From Promethearchaeota archaeon (lineage in GTDB: Archaea; Asgardarchaeota; Thorarchaeia; Thorarchaeales; Thorarchaeaceae): a DNA stretch of 64,000 bases. Positions 57,895 through 64,000 of this stretch are shown here, piece after piece. How positions within the stretch are numbered: position 1 is the first letter of the stretch; each line of letters opens with the position of its first letter. The position numbers and the translations under genes are program-made. The DNA lies in assembly GCA_014728035.1 (NCBI GenBank), contig WJMJ01000078.1, positions 64,001 to 128,000 on the forward strand, written 5' to 3'. The notes below the pieces were generated by a model. It saw only the letters and a list, made by a program, of their open reading frames with translations. It did no database searches and was not told the DNA's origin.

Positions 57895-59217
57895 ATGCCA
57901 ATTGATGTCAAGACAGAATTGGAAACTCTCGTAGCCTTTGATACCACTAATGATTCCACCATTGGGAAGAAAGCAGATCCGGATTGTGCACGGTACATAA
58001 ATCAAAGACTATCCGAGTTTGGTTGCGAAACTGAATTATTGGAGTCAAAAGGATATCATACCGCATTTGGAATCAATGGGGATAGTGGACCGAAAATTCT
58101 CTTTTTAGCTCACTTTGATGTTGTACCTCCTGGAGAAGGCTGGAATAGCGATCCTTTCAAGCTTCATGTTGAGGAAGATAAGGCATATGGGAGGGGTACA
58201 TGTGATAACAAGGGAAATATTGTTTCCATGATATTATTGGCGGAAACACTACAAAAATCGCCTATTCCTGCGAGAGTTATGTTGGCAGCATCTGGTGATG
58301 AAGAAATTGGAGGGGCAAATGGGGCTGGATATCTGAAAGAATATTTGAAAAAGCACGATTTATTCCCGGATTATATTGTGATTGCAGATGGAATAAATCA
58401 AGTCATAATTCACCGGAGGAGGAATATTCTTCCAACCTACATCAAAGCACAATCCAAGCCTCTCAAAATTAAGGGCACTCCAGAAACTATCCGATTTAAA
58501 ACCGATATCTTTGGTAGCGAATCTCGCCACTCTGCTTATCAACGGCTGGGTGTTGACAGGCACGCTATGCTAGCTGCATCAAAATACCTTGACCTCAAGG
58601 GTTACACGAAGGTATGTGCAATCCGAGGGGGATTTGTGAAATCCAATGTTATTCCGGATTGGGTTGAACTTGATGTAGTTCATCCTGAGGAAAGCGGTGA
58701 ATTGATTGAGTATGACGCAAATCTCACTGGTCTAATTCACTCCTTATTGGCTATTACAGCAGCTCCTTATCACACCGAGCATTCTGATCTAGGTACTATT
58801 GTATCTCCAAATCTTGCAAGTCTAAAAGATGACACTTGGTCATTCTATCTTGACATCCGTGCAATGACCAATGATGGTGATGCTGTTCAAACTGCTTTTG
58901 AACGAGCTCTTGAAGGGAAGGTAGATGATGCATCTGTAAAGGTGCATACTGGAATCGGATTTGTTGACTCTCGTCCTGATTCTAAATTGATTCAGGCTGC
59001 AGAATGGGCTCTACAAAAAGAAAATATTCGATACAAACTCATAGAAGGATATGGTGCTTCAGACTCTCGCTATTTTGCTGGTCATGGCTCTGACCTTTTT
59101 GACTTTGGCCCACGAGGTGAAAACCTCCATGGACCAAATGAATGGGTATCTCTGAAGTCTCTCAGTGAAGATGCCAGATTCTTTTACACCCTTGTTGAAA
59201 GACTTAGCAGAGACTAA
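57895..59217 (+). CDS. M20/ArgE/DapE-family metallopeptidase
   Basis: AHFDVVP, GRGTCDNKG, DEEIGG, HGPNE. Confidence 0.9.
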   Translation: MPIDVKTELETLVAFDTTNDSTIGKKADPDCARYINQRLSEFGCETELLESKGYHTAFGINGDSGPKILFLAHFDVVPPGEGWNSDPFKLHVEEDKAYGRGTCDNKGNIVSMILLAETLQKSPIPARVMLAASGDEEIGGANGAGYLKEYLKKHDLFPDYIVIADGINQVIIHRRRNILPTYIKAQSKPLKIKGTPETIRFKTDIFGSESRHSAYQRLGVDRHAMLAASKYLDLKGYTKVCAIRGGFVKSNVIPDWVELDVVHPEESGELIEYDANLTGLIHSLLAITAAPYHTEHSDLGTIVSPNLASLKDDTWSFYLDIRAMTNDGDAVQTAFERALEGKVDDASVKVHTGIGFVDSRPDSKLIQAAEWALQKENIRYKLIEGYGASDSRYFAGHGSDLFDFGPRGENLHGPNEWVSLKSLSEDARFFYTLVERLSRD

Positions 59218-59230
59218 ACGGTAATACTAT

Positions 59231-62200
59231 CTATTTGGGAGTCATGCCGACCTTTATCTTCAGGTCGTCTATCTCCCACTCTTTAGCGTATTCGAAACTT
59301 TTCCATTTTGGTCTAGCTTTAGGTCCAACAAGTTTCAAACTATCAGCTCTGGTTTCATTAGCCAGATAATCTTCAAACATCTTTGCAAGTTCAAGAGATT
59401 CCATATCAGAGAATCGTACCGTTAGGTCTATCTCTTGCTCAACATTGAGATCCTGCTCTTTTCGCATTACCTGAATTCTTCGTGTTACATCTCTAATTAG
59501 GCCTTCAGCCTCGAGTTCTTTTGTACGGGAAACATCTACATACACTTTTCCAATCTTGCTCTCAGCTTGACTGAGATGGTCTGGAAGGGTTTCTTCGAAC
59601 TCAACATCTCCTGGAACTATCTCCAGTTTCTCTTTTCCGACTTTAACGAAAGCTTTTCCTGATTCAAGATCTTCTCGTAGTTTCTTGCCATCTGCTTTTT
59701 GTAGAGCTCCTACTAACGCCTTCATTTTGTCTTTGTATCGTGGACCTAATGTTTTGAAGTTCGGTTTTACCGTCAATTGAGTGAATTCAGCCATAACATC
59801 AGTCCGTTTCACCTCAAATTCACGAGTATTCAAATCATTCAGTAATAGATCAGTGAGACTCTCCGCACGTTTTGCTATCTCTTCGGAATCAGCAATGAAT
59901 ACAACTTTCGCTACAGGATGTCTGAGTTTGACGCCTCTCTTATTTCTTGCATGACTTGAAGCTGACCTAAGTTCTTCAAGAACCTCGAAAGTATCTTCAA
60001 TTTCTACGTCCAGAACATTCTTGTCCACTTCTGGCATATCTGTAAGGTTTATTGATTCTGGAAGCTCTTCTGAATACTTTGTCAGAAAGTCTTGATGGAG
60101 CTTTTCAGCTAAGAAAGGTGTAAAGATATTCATACATCTGAGAACTGTTTGGAGTACATAATACAGAACATCATAGGCCATCACTTTCTTTGGATTCTCG
60201 CTATCGAGCCATACACGTTTTTTGACAAGAGGTAGGTAGATTCTGCTAAGGTCTTCAGTTATGAATTCAAGTAGAACTCTGCCTGCGTGATGCCAGAGAT
60301 ACTTGTCCATATAATCATGGAATGCGGTTAGAACGCTCTGAACTCGTGATACTAACCACCTATCTTCTAGGTCTGCACCATCAAGGGCCTTTTTCATTCG
60401 CCTCTCATCAAATGTAAACTTGTCAAGCTCCATATACGTATCAGCAAAAAGCACTACATTCCATAGAATGTCCAACTTCTTTCGAGTAAGTGCAATCTCT
60501 CGCTTTACGTAATTCATCCTAGACCACGATGCAGACTTGGTAACTACGTGAATTCTGTAAGGGTCAGCACCAATCTCTTTAAACGCATCCTCCGCCCAAA
60601 CAACATTTCCACGCGATTTGCTCATTTTCCCTCCATCTTCATCAAGTACATGTTCCTGGCTCACACATGCTTGGTATGCGACAGAGCCATGCATGACAAC
60701 GGATGTGTATAATAGGCTGTAAAACCAGCCACGAGATTGGTCAACAGCTTCAGTGATGAAATCGTATGGAAAGACCTCTTCAAACAGTGTTGGGTCTTTA
60801 AGATAATGGACACTAGCTGTATGAGCCATTCCCGAATCTAACCAACAGTCAGTTACAAAAGGTTCTCTATGCATTTTTCCTCCACATGTACTGCATTTCA
60901 AAACCACCTCATCCACCCATGGGCGATGTAGCTCAAACTCATCCGGAAACTCTATTGCTTTTTCTTTTAGCTCATCTCGTGACCCGATAACGGTTTCTTC
61001 CTGACAGTCATCGCAAACCCAAACTGGTAATGGAGAGCCCCAGATCCGAGACCTCGATATACACCAATCATCAGCATTAGCAACCCAGTCTCCAAATCTT
61101 CCACTGCCGGCCCAATCCGGAGTCCAGTCTACTCTCTTGTTTTGTTTTACTAATTTTTCTCGCACACCTTCCATCTTCAAGAACCATTGAGTCTTATCTG
61201 CAAGATATATGAGAGGAGTATCACAACGCCAACAATGAGGATATTCGTGGTCAAGAGTTTCTTGATGCAATAGAAGTCCCTTCTCTTTCAATAGCTCGGG
61301 AACATCCTTGTTTGTATCGAATACATATTTTCCTTCAAATATAGGTACTTCATCAGTAAACCTACCCTTGTTTGTTACAGGTGCTAGAACTGGCACTTCA
61401 AATTCCTTTCCAACTTCAAAGTCGTCAGGACCAAATCCTGGTGCTGTATGAACAAGTCCGGTACCATCTTCAACAGTAACATGAGTTCCAGTTACTACTG
61501 CGTGCATATACATTTCGTCGTGTTCTTGATGAAATGGTACTTCCTCCTTGAATGGATGCTCATATTTCCATCCTAGCATCTTCTTTCCTTTGAGCTTTTC
61601 AACTACTTTGTAGTTTTCCACATTTGCTTTTTCCATGACCGTTTTCACAAGATCTTCTACTAACCACCAATATTCACCTTCAACCTCAACTTTGACATAG
61701 GTCATATCTGGATGAACCGAAACCATCTCATTGGAGATTAGTGTGAATGGAGTAGTAGTCCAGATGACCAAATACTCGTTGTCTTTTTCTTTACGTCTAA
61801 ACTTAACATAGATTGATGGGTCTCTCTTAGTCATGTAGCCTTGAGATACTTCATGTCCAGAAAGTGCTGTAACACATCTTGGACAAATCGGATTGACTCG
61901 ATAACCTCTACCAAGCAAGCCTTTTTCACTTGCCAATTTCAAGAAATACCAAACATGTTCAATGTAGTCGTCACGTCGAGTTTGGTAAGCAGTATCAAAG
62001 TCAAGCCAGAGACCTAATCGAACTGAGTCGTTTACCCATCGCTCAAGATAGAAGTCTACTAGATCTTTGCATTTCTCCACAAATTGATCCATTCCCATCT
62101 CTGATTCAATCTCGCCCTTTTCTGCAAGACCTTCTTTTTTCTCAACTTCTAGCTCAACTGGAAGTCCTTGCATATCCCAGCCACCTCGACGCCAGACATT

Positions 62201-62428
62201 GTATCCTTTCATGGTCATGTATCGGATTTGAACATCTTTCATAGCACGACCTCTTGCATGGCCAACATGCATGAAGCCGTTTGTTGTCGGTGGGCCTTCT
62301 AGAAAGTTCCAACGTGGACCGGACTCTCTAGACTCAACTGTCTTCCTAAATGTTTCATTTTTCTCCCAGTATTTGAGTATCTCTTCTTCAAGGGTTATTG
62401 GGTCATAGCGCTTTGCTAGGGGGCTCAT
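59231..62428 (-). CDS. ileS: Isoleucyl-tRNA synthetase (archaeal/eukaryotic type)
   Basis: GPPTTNG.MHVGH, WTTTP, DWCISRSRIWG, KMSKS. Confidence 0.97.
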   Translation of the reverse strand: MSPLAKRYDPITLEEEILKYWEKNETFRKTVESRESGPRWNFLEGPPTTNGFMHVGHARGRAMKDVQIRYMTMKGYNVWRRGGWDMQGLPVELEVEKKEGLAEKGEIESEMGMDQFVEKCKDLVDFYLERWVNDSVRLGLWLDFDTAYQTRRDDYIEHVWYFLKLASEKGLLGRGYRVNPICPRCVTALSGHEVSQGYMTKRDPSIYVKFRRKEKDNEYLVIWTTTPFTLISNEMVSVHPDMTYVKVEVEGEYWWLVEDLVKTVMEKANVENYKVVEKLKGKKMLGWKYEHPFKEEVPFHQEHDEMYMHAVVTGTHVTVEDGTGLVHTAPGFGPDDFEVGKEFEVPVLAPVTNKGRFTDEVPIFEGKYVFDTNKDVPELLKEKGLLLHQETLDHEYPHCWRCDTPLIYLADKTQWFLKMEGVREKLVKQNKRVDWTPDWAGSGRFGDWVANADDWCISRSRIWGSPLPVWVCDDCQEETVIGSRDELKEKAIEFPDEFELHRPWVDEVVLKCSTCGGKMHREPFVTDCWLDSGMAHTASVHYLKDPTLFEEVFPYDFITEAVDQSRGWFYSLLYTSVVMHGSVAYQACVSQEHVLDEDGGKMSKSRGNVVWAEDAFKEIGADPYRIHVVTKSASWSRMNYVKREIALTRKKLDILWNVVLFADTYMELDKFTFDERRMKKALDGADLEDRWLVSRVQSVLTAFHDYMDKYLWHHAGRVLLEFITEDLSRIYLPLVKKRVWLDSENPKKVMAYDVLYYVLQTVLRCMNIFTPFLAEKLHQDFLTKYSEELPESINLTDMPEVDKNVLDVEIEDTFEVLEELRSASSHARNKRGVKLRHPVAKVVFIADSEEIAKRAESLTDLLLNDLNTREFEVKRTDVMAEFTQLTVKPNFKTLGPRYKDKMKALVGALQKADGKKLREDLESGKAFVKVGKEKLEIVPGDVEFEETLPDHLSQAESKIGKVYVDVSRTKELEAEGLIRDVTRRIQVMRKEQDLNVEQEIDLTVRFSDMESLELAKMFEDYLANETRADSLKLVGPKARPKWKSFEYAKEWEIDDLKIKVGMTPK

Positions 62429-62701
62429 TATGGACTCCTCTTGTATTGATTGAGATTTGATTTGGAATCAATTCGAGCCCCGTTATAATTAGTTCGTAAT
62501 GGTGTAAACTCAAGATGGACTGAGATTTCAAAGAAGCCAATGCTGTTTAATTTGGCAATCCATCCTATTCACCTATAAGGGCTCTTTGTTGGAAATCCAA
62601 GATAGCTGTTAAAAATCTTAGGCTAACGACTATTGACCATTATCTGCATCTGGTCAAAACTTAATTGTATCAAGACAGAGGTTCATGTAGGATGACACAT
62701 T

Positions 62702-63373
62702 ATGAGCGGGTTTGAAGAAAAACCACTTGATAAACTGACAGATATAATCTATGGTGTACGTGCTCAGAACCTATTAGCTGTCTGGTCTGCTATCCGGAAA
62801 AAGATGGATGAAGAAGGAGCTGAAGCCGTAAAAGATGCCTTTACAACCTCTAAGAAGCGGTTTATAGAAGGACCCTTTGAAGAGCATCTTGAAGTTAGAT
62901 GGGGTATGGATCTATGTCCTCATTGCAATGATTCTAACAAAGAAACCAATGGAATTGCATATCCGCAACCTAATGGCGATGGTCTGGAATTCAATCAATG
63001 TTTGAATTGTCGTATTGGATTACTGTATACGATTCGTTCTGCTAAGGCAACATTAGACACCTATGCGATAGGATTAGGAGAAGCAGGGCAATTCAATGGC
63101 ATGACCATCTTCTGGGACGCCATTGTTCCTGATGAGATGGATGATTTACTTCCTCTATATGAAGTACATGAGGCTGGAAAATGGATTGGTACAATTTCCT
63201 TTAACGACCAGATGGAACCCTCCTTTCTTCCCTTTGAAGAAATGAAAGATGGTGTTCCGCGAGGAGCAAAAGCGCCCTGGACTACCGACATTCCAGAGGC
63301 TTTACAAGCAGCTATTGATGACTTCAAAGATGCAGCCAAGGATCAAATTGAGGTATCTCTGGCTATTAGGTAG
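62702..63373 (+). CDS. Hypothetical protein with CxxC...CxxC
   Basis: CPHC and CLNC; 223-aa ORF. Confidence 0.65.
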   Translation: MSGFEEKPLDKLTDIIYGVRAQNLLAVWSAIRKKMDEEGAEAVKDAFTTSKKRFIEGPFEEHLEVRWGMDLCPHCNDSNKETNGIAYPQPNGDGLEFNQCLNCRIGLLYTIRSAKATLDTYAIGLGEAGQFNGMTIFWDAIVPDEMDDLLPLYEVHEAGKWIGTISFNDQMEPSFLPFEEMKDGVPRGAKAPWTTDIPEALQAAIDDFKDAAKDQIEVSLAIR

Positions 63374-63390
63374 AAGTCAGTCTATGGTGA

Positions 63391-63708
63391 GTGCTTGTGG
63401 GAAAAGAAAAACTGGTTCGGGATAAGATACCTACCATTATTCAAGAAAAGGGATTGAATCCGAGGGTTCGCACAGCATCTCCCGATGAATTAGACAAGCT
63501 CCTCCGAGATAAGATTCTGGAAGAATCTCTAGAACTCCATGAGTCTGGTGACACACTTGAGATCGCTGATATACTTGAGGCCATCTATGCTCTATTGGAA
63601 CATAGAGAGATATCCAAGCAGCAAATCGAAATCATGCGAAAAAGAAAACATGATGAACGAGGTGGTTTTTCTGCCCATCTCGTTCTGGATCTTGAAGGTC
63701 TGGAATGA
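63391..63708 (+). CDS. MazG-like nucleoside-triphosphate pyrophosphohydrolase
   Basis: KLVRDKIP, EE..E, EIADILE, ERGGF. Confidence 0.88.
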   Translation: MLVGKEKLVRDKIPTIIQEKGLNPRVRTASPDELDKLLRDKILEESLELHESGDTLEIADILEAIYALLEHREISKQQIEIMRKRKHDERGGFSAHLVLDLEGLE

Positions 63709-63714
63709 CCGATA

Positions 63715-64000
63715 TTATATTGCAACAATAGTATTCCGAAGACTTGAATCTATTCGGTCTGTGTCCTCTAGTAGCTCTATCAATGCATCGATTGCATTAA
63801 TATCTAGATCCCTTCGTTCAGCCCCGTACTTTTCAGGAATTCCTTGAGTTGTTACTGCTGGGTATGTTCCATGAATTGTATCACCATTGTCTAGGAATAG
63901 AACCTCGTTTTCCTTTTCATCACGGATGCTTTTTACCAAGCCCGCAATTCTAGCATACCCTCCAGCTTCTCTGATTACAATTTCTTCACCATTCCAGAAA
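63715..64000 (-). pseudogene. 5'-nucleotidase/metallophosphoesterase, apparently internally deleted (5' end outside window)
   Basis: GGYARIA...LDNGDTIHGTYPAV runs directly into TTQGIPEKYG...stop; GNHE and later motifs are missing. Confidence 0.6.

Noticed and set aside
53003-64000. Integrated element at the tRNA 3' end
   Set aside because: No integrase, no repeated tRNA 3' end seen, and the downstream genes are mostly housekeeping.
1-64000. CRISPR array, transposase, prophage or defence island
   Set aside because: No regularly spaced repeats or hallmark proteins. MazG-like and NUDIX genes appear as isolated house-cleaning enzymes.

Overview
A 64 kb chromosomal segment with about 70 densely packed genes and no CRISPR array, rRNA, integrase or transposase. 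The gene content points to an Asgard archaeon, most likely Thorarchaeia (inference). Archaeal housekeeping genes include class I LysRS, IleRS, class I CCA enzyme, TrmY, eS26, RtcB, short XPF, single-OB SSB, PoK/PPS/PanE/CoaBC, MIPS, an AIP synthase-like gene, and an intron-containing tRNA-Gln(CUG). These are interleaved with many eukaryotic-signature-like genes: four small GTPases (Rab-like, Arf-like fusion, two MglA-like), two roadblock proteins, two V4R/TRAPP-like proteins, a longin/DENN-type plus winged-helix protein, a TPR-PCI protein and an EF-2 paralog. Main points the ORF track misses: (1) selD is a selenoprotein (GTG start 36386, in-frame UGA in HG-U-SCK), and its UGA stop codon doubles as the core of a eukaryote-like SECIS. 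(2) Two GC-rich, highly base-paired intergenic elements (about 26.33-26.49 kb on +, about 28.83-29.08 kb on -) share junction motifs in the same order but have different stem sequences, suggesting an ncRNA family I cannot name. (3) A GTPase-wHTH fusion has a natural switch-II Gln-to-Leu change and lies next to a TPR gene, a divergent 54-aa microprotein and twin 15-bp repeats. (4) A CdrS-like RHH regulator precedes a minimal FtsX-like permease and a GC-anomalous ABC ATPase. (5) A 5'-nucleotidase gene at the right edge appears internally deleted. All calls come from reading motifs by eye; no searches or folding programs were run.
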